From: the human T2T-CHM13v2.0 reference genome, Homo sapiens | Reading direction: 5' to 3' (one strand) | Length of the DNA stretch: 64,000 nucleotides | Assembly (NCBI RefSeq): GCF_009914755.1 | Contig: NC_060927.1 | Shown here: piece by piece, positions 1 through 13,644 of the stretch | Numbering within the stretch: position 1 is the first letter of the stretch | Layout of the letters: each line of letters begins with the position of its first letter | Translations under genes and position numbers: made by a program | Notes under the pieces: model-generated | Database searches by the model: none | What the model was told of the DNA's origin: nothing | Seen by the model: only the letters and a program-made list of their open reading frames with translations

Positions 1-819
1 CCAGTAATAGAGCTAGGATTAGATTTCGGATTAGATTGCCTTTAATAGAGCAACTTAGCACATGATTACTTCTCTTTATTCTTCCACATGGGCTTGATAT
101 TTTTCTCTCTCTGCCCCTTTGTGGAACTTTGGGTAAGGAAAACAACCTAAAACCATATCCTTCACTCTCCTTACTCAAATAAACAAAAACAAACCTCAAA
201 TCCACAAACATAAATTTAAGACTTTGATTTGGAACTAAAGGAAATGGTATTAAGCAAAAAAAAAAAAAACAAAAAAAAACAAAAAAACTGTTTTGGTTGA
301 AATGCTCTTTCTCCTTGGCTCACACAGTTTTGCCTAAGGCTCACGGGGCACCAAAGTATAAATTAATCTGGAAAAAAAAATCAAAGGCTTTTAACCATCT
401 GTGCTGTGACTTCAGCCGGCAGAGTCCTGATGCTGCCACACCAACTCTCTTTGCTCAGGAAGTGCATAGGTGCTGTCCTGAGTCCAGAGACAGCTCCTGG
501 TCTGGCTGATTTCCTTGCGGGAGGTGTCAGTGATGGGTCTCTGTTGTCCTGCAGCTCAGCCAGGCAGAAACATAAGTCAAGAGCAGGAAAAGCTTTCCCA
601 GGCCCACCACATCTGAGGTCCTTTCTCTCATAAGCAGTGGGTCTGATTTCACAGTTACCTTCTCTATTACCTGCCTGGGTCTGGCGTAGAGTGGTCATGT
701 TTATGCTGAGAATATTCTTCCATTGGGCCAAGCTTCAGTAGCTTGGAAATTCAAATATAGATTCTCAAAAGTATGTACTTGATAATTCAGCAGAAATTTA
801 AAGAGCTGTAATCTGCAAG

Positions 820-1150
820 GGACACAGACATATAGTCTCTGCCCTTTTGGAATGTATGTTGCAGTAGGAGAGATAGACTAACAAACAGTTCAGGGACAGT
901 GTGACAAATGCCACTGTAAGACAAGTTCAAGGAGGGAGGAGGAGCTAATCCCTACTGGGTGGTTGGGGAGGGATACTCAAGGAGGCTTCACAGAGAAAGT
1001 AACATCTCTTCTGGGGCCTGAAGGTGAAACCAGAATTCTCTTAAGTGGTGGGGTTAGGGCCCAGGTAGGGTACTAGACAGAAGGAGCAGTGAGTGCAAAG
1101 TCCTGGGAGAAGTCCAGTAGGGCTGGCATATAGAATGTGAGTGATCAAGC
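820..1150 (-). mobile_element. L2 LINE 3' fragment
   Basis: Resembles reverse-complement L2 3' end (AGTCTCTGCCCTTTTGGA..., GGAGGCTTCACAGAGAAAGTAACAT..., GAAGGAGCAGTGAGTGCAAAG). Degenerate. Confidence 0.6.
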
Positions 1151-1159
1151 TGGAGAGAT

Positions 1160-1609
1160 TGGCAGGATTCCTGGTGCCTTCTGAATCGCATTCTCCCCTT
1201 CATCTATAGTCACAGGACCAGCAAGTTTTAGAGAGGCATGCAACTGCCCAGAATAAAGACTACATTTCCCACCCTCCCTTGAAACTGGATGTGGTCCACG
1301 TCCAAGTTCTGGCTAGTGAGAAGAAAACAGCGTTATGCGTATATTCTCAGGGCTGTGTCCTTAAAGGGTGTGTCCTTCCTCCTTGTCTTTTCCGCTTCCT
1401 GCTGACCGGAATGTGGATGAGGTCAGGAGCCTCCGGGAATGGCCCCACCCCAAGACAGGAGCTGGGTCCTGATACTGAAGGCATCTTACAGTCATGGACT
1501 ACTCATGTTCAGATGGTTCTGTGAGAGAAAAATAAACTTCTGCCTTATTTAAGTTACTGGTAATTTGGATCTCTGTTGTAACAGCTAGATCTGTGTCCTA
1601 AATAATTCA
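1160..1609 (+). mobile_element. MLT1 (I/J-like) MaLR LTR
   Basis: AAAGACTACATTTCCC near the start and 3' AATAAACTTCTGCCTTATTTAAGTTACTG...TCCTAAATAATTCA, typical of MLT1. Confidence 0.7.
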
Positions 1610-1789
1610 CGAGGTCAGCTGGGGCCAGATACTTTTTCCTTCCATTTGAATAGTGTGCTTGTTGAGTGCCCACTCTGTGAAGGCATCGTGTGAGGGGCTG
1701 GGGTTACAGTGGTGACCGCGCTGGACAGAGTGCCTCTGGTGAGGCTCTCTAAGCAAAAAAAAAATGGTGATGATGAAGAAGATGACGAT

Positions 1790-1950
1790 TAGAGTAGCCA
1801 ACGTTTATCAAGAGTTTTCTCTGTGCCAGAAAAGTACCTTACACATGATTTCAGGTAATCCACGCAATAGCCTTATGACTTAACTGCTATTATTTGCTCT
1901 GGTTTATAAATGAAGAATGAAGAGGTTAAGTAACTTGTCCAAAGCCCCAA
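1790..1950 (-). mobile_element. MIR
   Basis: GAGGTTAAGTAACTTGTCCAAAG is the MIR core in reverse orientation. Confidence 0.7.
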
Positions 1951-2007
1951 GGCTGTTCTCTATTTTGAGAGCAGTTGCAAATAGGGTGGAGTTGAAGCAT
2001 CTGTGGG

Positions 2008-2371
2008 TGATATAGTTTGGCTCTGTATCCCCACCCAAAGCTCACCTCCAATTGTAATCCCCAGGTATGGAGGAGGGACCTGGAGGGAGGTGATTGGATC
2101 ATGGGGTTGGTTTCCTCCATGCTGTTCTCACGATAAGTGAGTCAGTTCTCACGAGATCTGATGGCTTTAAAAACGGCAGTGTTCCCTACTCTCTCTCTTC
2201 CCTGTCACCATGTAAGACATACCTTGCTTCACCTTTGCCTTCAGCCATGATTGTAAGTTTGCCGAGGCGTCCCTAGCCATGCGGAACTGTGAGTCAATTA
2301 AACCTCTTTTGTTTATCAATTATCCAGTCTCAGGTGGTAGTCTTTATAGCACTGTGAAAACTGACTAGTGA
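2008..2371 (+). mobile_element. THE1C/D-type MaLR solo LTR
   Basis: Starts TGATATAGTTTGGCTCTGTATCCCCACCCAAA and contains GGAACTGTGAGTCAATTAAACCTCTTT. About 365 bp. Confidence 0.85.
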
Positions 2372-2589
2372 TCAAAGGTATGGAGTAAGGTTGTCAGGTT
2401 AGTGCAGGGACTAGGTTTTATCTGAACCCTCGAACTCTCAAGTCACCGCTGTCCTCTATTTGTGGCTGACTTCTTAGCTCTATGATGGACCATACAGTCT
2501 GATCTCTACACAGCTGGTTCTTATAACAACCTGCCCCTAACTGCCAACTCCAGGCATAACCTCAGCCAGAACCACTAAAAACATTTTCT

Positions 2590-4460
2590 TTATTTTTTAA
2601 TGCTTGATTTTAAAATAATTTCAGACTTACAAAAAGTTGTAAGAATAGTAAAAAGAATTCTCGTATACCTTTCAACCAAGATCCTCCAAATGTTAACATT
2701 TCATAAAACCACAGTAAAACTATTAAAAAAATTGATGTAATACTATTGTATAATCTGGAGATCTTATTCACATTTCTCCAATTGTCCCTCTAATATCTTT
2801 TTTCTGGTCCAGGTTTCAATTCAGGATAACATGTCACATTTATTTGTTATGTCTCTTATTTTCTTTTAATATGTGACAACCTGCTCCTCAGTCTTTGCCT
2901 TTCATGACCTTGACACTTCTGAGAGTACTGGCCAGTTATTTTGTGGAATATCCCTTAATTAGAGTTTGTCTAATGCTTCATAATTATTAAATTCAGGTTA
3001 TGCATTTTGACAAGAACATCACAGAAGTGATGTTGTGTCCTTCTTTGTGCAACATATGAGGAGGCACATGAGATTGATTTATTCTACAACTGGCAATATT
3101 AACTCTGATAACTCGGTTAAGGTGGTGTCTCACAAGGTTCTCTACTGGAAAGTTACTATTTTCCCCTTTGTAATTAAAGAAGTATTTTATGGGGAGATAC
3201 TTTGAGACCATGTAAATATCTTGTTTTTCATACTTGTACCCATTAGTTTTAGCATCCGCTGATAATTCTTGCCTGGAACAATTATTACTGTGGTATTTGT
3301 CAAATGATAATTTTCTATTTCCATCATTTCTTCTATACTTATTAATTAAAATTCTACTGCAAGGAATAGTTTTCCTTTCTCTCTCATTTATTTGTTTATT
3401 CAATTATTTATATAAATATGGATTAATGTATTTTATTTTATTCTATCCTATCTAATATAATCACCAATTGCTATGATTATTTCTTTTATTGTTGAAATTG
3501 TCCTGAGAGACAGGACTAGCTGGATTTCCTAGGCCCACTAAGAATTCCTAAGCCTAGCTGCAGAAGGTGACCGCACCCACCTTTAAACACGGGGCTTGTA
3601 ACTCAGCTCACACCTGACCAATTAGGTAGTAAAGAGGGCTCACTAAAATACCAATTAGGCTAAAAGCAGGAGGTAAAGAAATAGTCAAATTATCTATCAC
3701 CTGAGAGCATAGGGGGAGGGACAGTGATCGGGATATAAACCCAAGGCATTCAAGCTGGCAGTGGCAACCCCCTTTGGGTCCCCTCCCGTTGTATGGGAGC
3801 TCTGTTTTCACTCAATTAAATCTTGCAACTGCACACTCTCCTGGTCCGGGTTTGTTCCGGCTCAAGCTGAGCTTTTGCTCGCCATCCACCACTGCTGAAC
3901 GCCGCAGTTGCAGACCTGCCGCTGACTTCCACCCCTCCGGATCCGGCAAGGTGCCTGCTGTGCTCCTGATCCAGTGAGGCGCCCACTGTGGCTCCTGATC
4001 AGGCTAGAGGCTCGCCATTGTTCCTGCACGGCTAAGTGCCCGGGTTCGTCCTAATCGAGCTGAACACTGGTTGCTGGGTTCCATTGTTCTCTTCGGTGAC
4101 CCACGGCTTCTAATAGAACTATAACACTCACTGCATGGCCCAAGGTTCCATTTCTTGGAATCTGTGAGGCCAAGAACCCCAGGTCAGAGAACAAAAGACT
4201 TGCTGCCATCTTGGGAGCTGCCCGCCCCATCTTGGGAGCTCTAAGAAAAAAGACCCACCTATAACCGTCCCAGATTTGGCCAGTTGGTTCCTGTGCATTT
4301 TGACATGCCTCATCATTTTTCGAGCATTTATTTTTAGAAGCATAATATGGTCCAAGGTTATCTTTTACTTTCCTTTCTTTGTCTTGGAATCAGCCATTAT
4401 TCCAAGGAGCCAAATTCCTTTTTATTGGAGAATGGTATTTAGAGATTAACATCTGGATGC
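2590..4460 (-). mobile_element. Old L1 (L1MC-like) 3' region, interrupted by LTR17
   Basis: AAAATAATTTCAGACTTACAAAAAGTTGTAAGAATAG at the 3' end. Host sequence GAAATTGTCC|CAGATTTGGCCAG is continuous across the LTR insertion. Confidence 0.7.
3504..4266 (+). mobile_element. HERV-W (LTR17) solo LTR, full length
   Basis: Starts TGAGAGACAGGACTAGCTGGATTTCCTAGG. Contains CCAAT boxes, GATATAAA TATA-like box and ATTAAA poly(A) signal. 763 bp with 4-bp TSD GTCC at 3500-3503 and 4267-4270. Confidence 0.93.
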
Positions 4461-4749
4461 TGTATCTGGTCATTCAACCAGAACAATTATCTCAATACAA
4501 GAGGGTTTTGTTAGGTGTCGCTGTTTTACATTTTTCATTCTTTCTTCTCAGTTATCTCTTTAGTATCAACTTATTTTTATGGCCTGTAAAGTATCAAGAC
4601 ATAAACTACTATTCTAATAGAAATTTCAGTATATATATATATTTTTACTTACTGTGTTTTAGCAAACATTTATTGAATATTTACTGTTCTAACAATTCAT
4701 CTATTTACTTGTGAGTACCGACATTTATTGCTGCCACAGCTGAAAAGAG

Positions 4750-5750
4750 AACAGATTATGGATAATATAACTCTGATTATATACTTGTATGTTTTGGTGT
4801 GAATGTATCTATTCAGTTCCTTATCAACTGGTTAGCTGAGTCCATTTTCTTAAGCCACTGGTCAGTTTAGTGGAGCAAAAACCAGCTTGGCTAGCTGTTT
4901 GGCATTGTTAGATCTTAATTAACTACACTTTTTCATTTTTTGAACCGTTGTGCTGTTGTGTACATACAACTTTAGTTAAAAATTCAGTTTCCCAGTTGGT
5001 AATACATCTGCCAAGATGGTTGAATCATATCAAATCTCAGCAGAGCTGATACGCTGAAACATCCATTTCCCTGAGGGATATCATGGAGTTATATGCATAG
5101 TCAACAGGTAATTTATGAACTCTAAGGCCAAATCTTCCAGTGCAAAAGCTAATCTGTTCCATTTTGGTGAAGGATGTCTCTATTTCATTTTCTATGGATT
5201 CCTCATCAAAATCACTCTATACATCAAACAGAAGTACGGTGAGAAACCCTTGGAACATGATTCAATCATGTTGATTTAGTCAACAACTTCCCCAGGGCTA
5301 ATGCAGTTAGAGTAATCATATAAATCAAAACACCTAATTCTTCTTATCTAGAATGTCAAAGACTTTTCTACATTGTGTTTGATGTAGTTGGTGCAAATAT
5401 AAAGAAGGCAAAATGCAAGATTTCAAGAGAGATGTTAGGAGGAATTCTATATATTATCATAACAATGCACTTTCTTTGGTGTTGCTGTTGCCTCCAGCTA
5501 GTTCCTCAAAGGTGAGCAGTTTGTGAAATGATCAAACTTGGGTTGTTATAATAAAAGTAGTTACTGTTCAAGAGATACATCTGAATTGGATGTATACCAG
5601 ACTTTACAATGGCACTGTCCTTCCAAAGGGAAGGACATCTACAGCAGGCTTGGAAAAGACACACAGATAGCTCTGTTACTTCTTGTGCATTTTGAATGAC
5701 TCTTTCAACAGAACCATGCTTCTTATGTAGTTCTGTCCTTATAATCGAAA
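4750..5750 (-). mobile_element. Putative highly decayed piggyBac-family transposase relic
   Basis: Minus-strand peptides in piggyBac motif order: LHFA (5418-5407), IRCFD..SPGEVVD (5338-5279), GRFGLRVHKLPVDYAYN (from 5138), SGK, GRCITNWET (5012-4986), TVQK (from 4948). Several frameshifts must be assumed. Confidence 0.45.
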
Positions 5751-6419
5751 AAAATAAGACCCATTCAAGTCTTCCTCTCTAGCCTCTCAAGACATAACAT
5801 GATACCATTTGGAAGCCAGTTGGGAGCATCATGTCTTCACCCAAGCCCCTGATGTAGAAGTCAACTTCCCTCATCCCAGCCCATGGAGACTCATCTTCTT
5901 ATTGGCTCCTGCTGCCCAAACTGGTAGTCCTCAGCTCCAATTTCCCTTTGTAGATTAAGGTACTGTTGCCAGCATAAGAGGTATGGGGCAGGGGAAAACT
6001 TGTGACTGACCCAGATCAGCCTACTTGCCAATAGGGTGTATGATTCCTCAGTATTTCTTAAAAACAAATGAGCTGATGTTTGCCAGACACCTTCTCAGAA
6101 CTCCTTACTGCCCCCCCCCACACATATGCTTCTACTTTGATTCTATGTGTGGTTGCTGCTTGTAATTGTCCTGGAGAATTCAAAAGGGGGTTCTGTAGAT
6201 CAGTTCTTGCACCTAGAAACTAGCACTTATATTTCCCTCCTGTCTTGGGATTCTGTGTCCATATGATCCCCTAGCAGGACGTCCATTTCTTCAGTAAAGT
6301 GGCCATTTTCTGTAGGAGAAACGTGCCCATGTTCTGCCCTGAAGTACTAGACCATCTGTTGGGGAAATGCTGCCATGAGAAGATCTGTTGTGCCATGGAC
6401 CTACTTTAGTGGTGAAGGA

Positions 6420-6760
6420 AAGGAACATGGCACAGGCTCACCTCAGGGCCTTTGCACTTGCAGTGCCCTCTGCCTAGAATGCTTTTTACTGAGATTGCTG
6501 CATGGCTGCTTCCCTTTTGCCACACATGTCTCAGCTTAAAGATCCTCTCCTCTGAGAGCCTTCTCTGACTACATGGGTACTGTCTTTTCCAACCCCAGTT
6601 TTATTTTCTTCACTGTACTTACCATTATCTGATATTTTGTTGGCTCATTTGTTTACTTGACACATGTGGCTAGAATGGGAGCCCCTTTAGAGCAGGGACC
6701 TTGCCCGTTTTGGTCACTAGCATTCCCAGGGTCAGTATAGGAATAACAAATCTGTCTTAG
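6420..6760 (+). mobile_element. L2 3' end
   Basis: CTCAGGGCCTTTGCACTTGCAGTGCCCTCTGCCTAGAATGC and GAGCAGGGACCTTG are L2a 3' motifs. Confidence 0.8.
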
Positions 6761-6819
6761 AACAAGTCTGCAATGCCTGTGTCAATTAATATCAACTTTA
6801 CCTAGAAGAAACAAGTCTA

Positions 6820-7153
6820 GGCTGGTTGAGGTGGCTCATGTCTATAATCCCAGCACTTGGAGAGTCCAAAAGGGGAGAATTGCTTGAGGCCAGGAGTTTG
6901 AGACCAACCTGGGCAACATAGTGAGACCCCCATACCACCCCCGCCCCCCGCAAAAAAAAAAAAAAAAAATTAGCCAGGCATGGTGGCATGTGCCTGGAGG
7001 TGTGTGCCTGTAGTCCCAGTTACCCTGGAGGCTGAGGTGAGAGGATTGCTTAAGCCTAGGAGATGGCAGCTGCAGTGAGCCATGATGGTACCACTTCACT
7101 CCAGACTGGGTTACACAGTGAGACCCTGTCTCAAAAAACAAACAACAAAAAAA
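6820..7153 (+). mobile_element. Alu (AluJ-like)
   Basis: Dimeric Alu with GAGGCCAGGAGTTTGAGACC and A-rich tail. Atypical C-rich stretch before the central A-linker. Confidence 0.92.
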
Positions 7154-9259
7154 TCCCTAGGTGCTTCTTTGTTGGCATGCTGCGGTTTCATATATGTCTC
7201 CAAATTGTAAATCTGCTCATTCCTATAGCTGTTTGTCTTCTGGAATCTCATTAACACGATCACCTTCTCTAGAGGTTAGAAAAGACGGATTTTGGTGGCA
7301 AGTGAAGAGTCATTTGCCTGTTGTAAGTAATTCCATAATGCAGGAGTGCAGATAGGGTTTGCCTTACTATGAAATTCCAGGGCTGGCTGCTGCTTCTGAG
7401 GGGACAAGGGGAGTCTGTGCTACTCGGCTGCCTCATCATGCAAGCTGGACTGAGGCCTGCCGTCTGACATCTCTCTCTCCCCACCCTAATTAATATCATG
7501 AAAGGGCCATGTTTATGCAAAACCACATGTCAAGAGGCCTTTTGCTCCTAATTTAAACTATTAAAATGCCATTAAGAATTGCACAGTACTGTTTTCCTTC
7601 ATTATTTCTTGTTGAAGAACAACCATGTGGAAAGGAATGCATTTTGTTTCCATGCAAGTGGGGCTCGTTTTTCAGGACGGTTTATAGTGCCCATTGGCAG
7701 AATTTATAGTCCCCAACTCAACCCCCTTACCCAGAGATGGAGTTAGCAGATACAATTTCTGACAGCAAAAATAAGTATAATCAATACAAACATACCAAGG
7801 CATTTATTTTAGACATTTGGCTGAATAAATCATCATGGCCACCATGCCGGAGATTTCAACCACCTTCATTTCAACCATGGAACATTTTGGAGCCTGTGAT
7901 ATTTGTATTCTATTTGCTTGTTCCTTTTCAATAAAGCATCAGCATTTACTGTACCGTGGCAAGTACCTCATCAGAGGTTACATCTGCTGCCTGGATGCAA
8001 GGCTGGTTATCCAAAGACTCGTTCATATGTCACGGGAAACTTTTCATGAACATAGAGTCTACCCACAAGGCTTGTTATGTTTGAAATTTTGGGCCAATTT
8101 ACATTTTTTGGAGATTAAAACACACGCAGTTTGATCTCAGCTTTGACCTTTTAAATTGCTACAAGTTAATCTTTGACTAAAAGCCTGGAGAGCGGGAATA
8201 ATTATATTTTGTGAAAGAAGCAGGTTATGTGCACAGAGGGTGACCACAGTTATGGTAATGTGTCTCTTAGACAACGTTTTGATGCTAGAAATGGCATAAA
8301 CAAAGAAAAACAGTATTTTCATGCATTTTTATTAAAAAACTGTACTTAGATTCTGGATGGCTGCTTTGCAAACAAGCTGCTCCTGGGTATTTTCCTTGGC
8401 CTGGCCTTCCTCCGTGTGAGTGATGGTGTTCCTCAGCAAATACTGCCCACGGCTGCTGTGGCAGGGTGCAAGGATGCGTCCCAGCTCTCGCTCTCCGCAT
8501 GATTCATTTAGGGAGCCAGTGTGGTTCGTTAGATCTGAAGTCAGAGTCCCTTTAGGCAATGTCTTGCTGACCTTTGAAGAAGGAGCAATTTTTGGCTTCT
8601 CTGCCATGTTAACTCCCCACAGCTGGGTGGAAGTTGCTCCTCTGGGACCCTCCAGCTGGAAGGGACAGAAATAATGGCTGAGCTTGCTCAGTGCCACCAC
8701 TGTGCTCAAGGTTTTGTTTCCATCAGCTCCTCATGCCCTGATGCCCACCCCTGAGGCATGACCAGTTACCCCCATTTTATTGTTAGGGGAACTGAAGGTA
8801 TTCACCTGGTAGGTGGCAGAGGTGGGAGTTGGTTCCAGGTATGTCTAACCCAGAGCCCACGGCAGGTTCTGCCATTGTGACAGGCAGCCTGTCATCTAAG
8901 GGACCCAGAATGTCCTTTTATCCCACCATCTGTTCGATTGAGGAAATGAACAGAAATTCTAGAAATCTCTAAGCCCCTTATGTCCAGGGGAATAAATTCT
9001 ACAAAGAGAGTCTGATGTTTTCTCCCTGGGGATAAGAACCACCAAGGTATCACATAATGAAATCTCATTAGTTGTGACTATGAAGTAAATCAGCTGTTTT
9101 TTTTTTTTTTTTTTTTTAAAACACATGTTGCTGTGGCATCCCCCAAAGTCACACCTGAGCTGATGGGCTTATTCCAATGGTGCTGCCAATGCCCACCATG
9201 TGTTTTCTCTTATTGCTTCATGTCCTGTGCTGGACCATGGAGCTTCTCTTAGAAATGGA

Positions 9260-9390
9260 GAAAAGAGCACAGACTTGGTGTCAAAAGATGATGGCTCAAA
9301 CATGGGTTCCACAGATGACTAAATAAATGACCTCAGGCAATTTACTTAAACTCTGAGTCGTCACTTCCTCTAAATTGGAGATAATTATAC
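9260..9390 (+). mobile_element. MIR
   Basis: AAGAGCACAGACTTGG...TGACCTCAGGCAATTTACTTAAACTCTGAG. Confidence 0.6.
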
Positions 9391-9585
9391 TCTTGTCATC
9401 GTCTCCAATGATGGCCCAATCTTAAACCTTTGAGGCTGGGTTTGATGTTTTGGAAGAGAGCTAAAAACCCTTCGCAGAAAAGAGCTGTTGGATGAGGTGA
9501 GAGGTCTGTCTGCGAGAAGTTGGGCTGATAAGATGTGACTACTGAGTCACGATCTTCCTTTCCTCTTGAGATTTGCGAAGTGACT

Positions 9586-10050
<465 letters not shown>

Positions 10051-10734
10051 TCTTTATTTTCTTTAAGTCCATGGTTGAACGTTTATTGCCTCTTAAATTT
10101 TCTTTTCTTTATGAGGACCTGAGTACTGGATAGGTACTTAATCTATCTACGATATGGTGAAACTTGGTGAATGGGAACACTGACTCCCACTTACTCCTTG
10201 TGGTACAACCTTAGACAGTTCACTGAAATTCTTGATGCTTTTTTCTCTTTCAAAAATGGGAAAAATGTTACCTTCCTTACAGGGTAAAGGATTAAAAATA
10301 ATGCATGGAAAGCATTCAGCACACTGTTGGCATGAAGTAGGTACCCAATAAACGGTAACTAATGGGACTGGCAAAATTACATCTGTTGTTATTGAAATTC
10401 CTTGAGCAAAAAAGGTAACCATTTTTCATAGTTGGCTTTAAAATGTATGTTATTTCCAACAAACTATAACTTTTGCAAGAAATTAAGGACTTTAATGCAT
10501 TTAAAAATCTTTATCAGTGCCTGTTTTGTGCCCAATTAATGAAGCTTTGAAGGAGATCTGAGGTCAGGACAAGTGGTAGGAGAGTGAGGTCAGAGAAAGG
10601 AGAAAAAGATTAATAGGTAAACATAACTGCAGAACTGGAGAACTATAATAAGTTCCTATGTTAATGTGTCAGGAAGAGTAGACGGCTGCAATCCAACCCA
10701 TTGTGTTGTGGAAACTTCCACAATATGGATGCAG

Positions 10735-10955
10735 AATAACACAGTGGCTAACATCACAGCGCTGGAGCCACTGTCTGAATTTGAACCCCAGCTCTGTGAT
10801 TTACTGTGCAATCTTAACCTCTTTAAGCCTCAATGTTTTCATCTGAAAAACAGGATGACAGCATTTGACTTATATGATTGCTGTAAGGTTTAAATGAATT
10901 AAAATGGTCAAAGCATTTTGAATCATGCCTAATAATAACTCAACAAATGTTTGCT
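10735..10955 (+). mobile_element. MIR
   Basis: CTTAACCTCTTTAAGCCTCAATGTTTTCATCTGAAAAACAGG core. Confidence 0.8.
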
Positions 10956-10959
10956 TAAA

Positions 10960-11200
10960 AAATCATTGAACTGACATACATTTAGCATCTTCTGTATGCC
11001 AGGCACTGCTCTGGGCACAGGAGAGTACTGGCAGAGCACCTGCTGTCATCGAGCTTTTAGACACGTAAGAAATACATGTATAGAAGCACCATGAAGGAAA
11101 ATAAATGAGGACAAGGAAGCATCGAATGTGTTAGGGAAGGTGGCCAGGGATGGCCTTCTGAGAAAGTGACATTTAACTTGATGTATGATAAATGCTGGGT
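10960..11200 (-). mobile_element. L2 fragment
   Basis: TGTATGCCAGGCACTGCTCTGGGCAC...GGCCTTCTGAGAAAGTGACATTT. Confidence 0.65.
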
Positions 11201-11690
11201 GATCTTAGAGCCTGTATCAACAGTTGGAGGTAGAGAAAGACTAACTTTGATAGCATTTCAGACCTGTGATACAGTCCTGTGGCCAGGAACTCCAAGAGCT
11301 ATTATGTTGTTCCATAACCATTCCTTTGAATGGAACTGGAAATTGGGTAATTATGGGATCAAATAATCACAAGTGGTAGGCTATGGGCAGCTGAGGAGAA
11401 AACTTAAATTAGCTGCACATCCCACATTTTAAGGAGCGTTATTTGCCTGTTCTCTGCACCAAATAATTCCAACTCTGCTTAGATCCATTTTATAGGTTTG
11501 AAAAACTGAACTACTGACAAATCTAACCCACATACAAACATATGAGCATTATACATTTGTATAATACATTAACATAAAGTGCCCGTGTTCTTCACACAGC
11601 TGTCCTGTAGATGACAACACTTGCACTGAATGGCAGGCTCGTTGTTTTGGCTGCTGCTTGTAGTTGTGTGTGGTATGGTCAGCTCAGCTG

Positions 11691-12218
11691 TTGTGGTGGT
11701 CTTGCCAGTTGTCTCTCCAATATATATTTTCACTTTAGTAATAGAATGGTGATTTTGTTAAGGGTTGGCAGTATGTCCAGCTAAAAGGGTACACCTCTCA
11801 GACTCTTTCATAGCTAAGAGTAGCCATGCGACAACATTCTGATCACTGAGTTGTAAGTAGAATGCTTCTAAGGGATTTTTGGAAAATTATTTGCATTCTG
11901 AATACAAATGTTACGCCTTTCAATTTCTTTCTTTTCTTCTTGCCTGGATGTACATGTGATGACTGAAGGTGCAGCAGCTATTTTGGAAACATGAAGCAGT
12001 AAGCACAAGGATGGAGGCCTAAAATACAAGGCTTGTGGTGCAGAAAGAAGAGCAGAGCTGGAGCCCTGCTGTCAGTTAAGTCTCTGAGCTGTTGCTAAGA
12101 CTGCTGAACCCCAGACTGCTGCTTGCATAAGACCAATACGTATACATTCTTGTCTATTTAAGGCCCTAGAAGTCAGGTTTTCTGTTATTTGTAGCAGAAT
12201 ACATTTCTAACTGATACA
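11691..12218 (+). mobile_element. MLT1 (J-like) MaLR LTR
   Basis: Ends TCAGGTTTTCTGTTATTTGTAGCAGAATACATTTCTAACTGATACA. Confidence 0.7.
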
Positions 12219-13625
12219 AATAGCTTCCGTAACAATGGGCTAGTGAATGCATATACATTTCTCCTTTTTGAAATGGGCACTAGATTTTATGTGAAAACAG
12301 AGGATGTATGAGCAGATAATGAAAACAATATACAGTCTAGTTCTCTGTAGAATTGGCCTTTCTAGCTACAGCTTTGTCTTAAATTATGGCATCTAGTCTC
12401 CTATATCTTTTGTTTCTTAAAAAATTTAAACTGAAGCAATCTATTGTGAGGAAGCAGATGGGCCACTTGTGTCTCTAGATCTGGCTGGGCTTAGTTCTGC
12501 TCTTACTTGGCCTGATTTCTTGTCCTGGCTTTTTTTTTTTTCTTGGTCACACCCTCCAGTTTCTTCCTGGCTCTATTTGTCATACAAATCAAATACTACT
12601 CTCTCTGTAACTGTGATTTCAGAGCAGTTCTTGCTCCATCATTTTGGCCAAAAGTGATTTGATCTAAAGCTGTGAAAATGACCAGAGAGAGACCATCTGC
12701 AGTACTATTTGCTTGTTCCTGGCCCTTCAGAAAAAAGTTCTTGATCAATGCATCCCAAGGTAATTGTTGTTTCTCACCCGAACTCTTCTGGCTTCAGTCC
12801 TCAGTTTACGGGAGGAAGAAAAGGGGCAGGGTTTTAGGCAGTTGCAGCCTGGAGTTTGACGCTCCCCTGCGCATCCCTCGGTGTAGCTTGGCAAGAGCAA
12901 TGGAAACAGCACACGCACATCCTTTAGCCATCAGCAAACAAGAACTCTATGTCTGCCAAGATGTGACGGAGCATTCAGGCTCCTCTTTGCTGTGTCCACA
13001 TCTGCTAGAGATTTCCCAGAGAAAAGAAATTTGGATATTTCTTCACCCAAAGTGGTGATGGTCTTATGGAGAGAGCATGGGTGAAATGGAGAAGTGAATA
13101 TGGTAGTCATGAACTGCTCCTGCACCTGGGAAATAATCTCCCTCTGAGTTCTTCCTCTTCTAATAAACATACAACTACTTCCTAAATCAAGAAGTGCCAG
13201 TACTGCATACCTACAAATACCAAAAGTGGTAAAAATGTTAAAATGAAATGGACCTCTCTGAAGCCCTGCCACCGTCCCATGTGCTCTGGCAACCACTGCC
13301 TGCTGCAGGAGAGATCATCACCTAAACTCCTTGTTGTGAAAAAGAGATCTTTTCCCCTCAGTCTCCAGTTTCATTTTCCTCACCGCTTTGTCCTTGTGTT
13401 ATTTATGGGACAAGGCCCAGGAGTGAGTTGCTGAGGTACTTTTCTGCATATGCTTCATAAGTTTTATGAACCTCCATTGAATTTGCTTTTTTGTCTCCCC
13501 AGTCTAGGCTGAATAACTCCTTTCTGGAATAGAACCCATCAGCCAGCTGAAGGCAGTGCATATGAAACTCCAGTCCTCCAGCCAGCCAGCCTAGAGCCTT
13601 CTCAGTCATTGATTTACTTCATTTC

Positions 13626-13644
13626 CTGACACGAGGGGGCACCT
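13626..13644 (+). promoter_or_regulatory. Candidate CTCF motif
   Basis: CTGACACGAGGGGGCACCT resembles the CTCF core CCASYAGRKGGCRS in sequence I could not assign to a repeat. Motif match only. Confidence 0.3.

Noticed and set aside
257-287. A-rich tract that might be an orphan retro-tail
   Set aside because: No element body or TSD found. Treated as a simple repeat.
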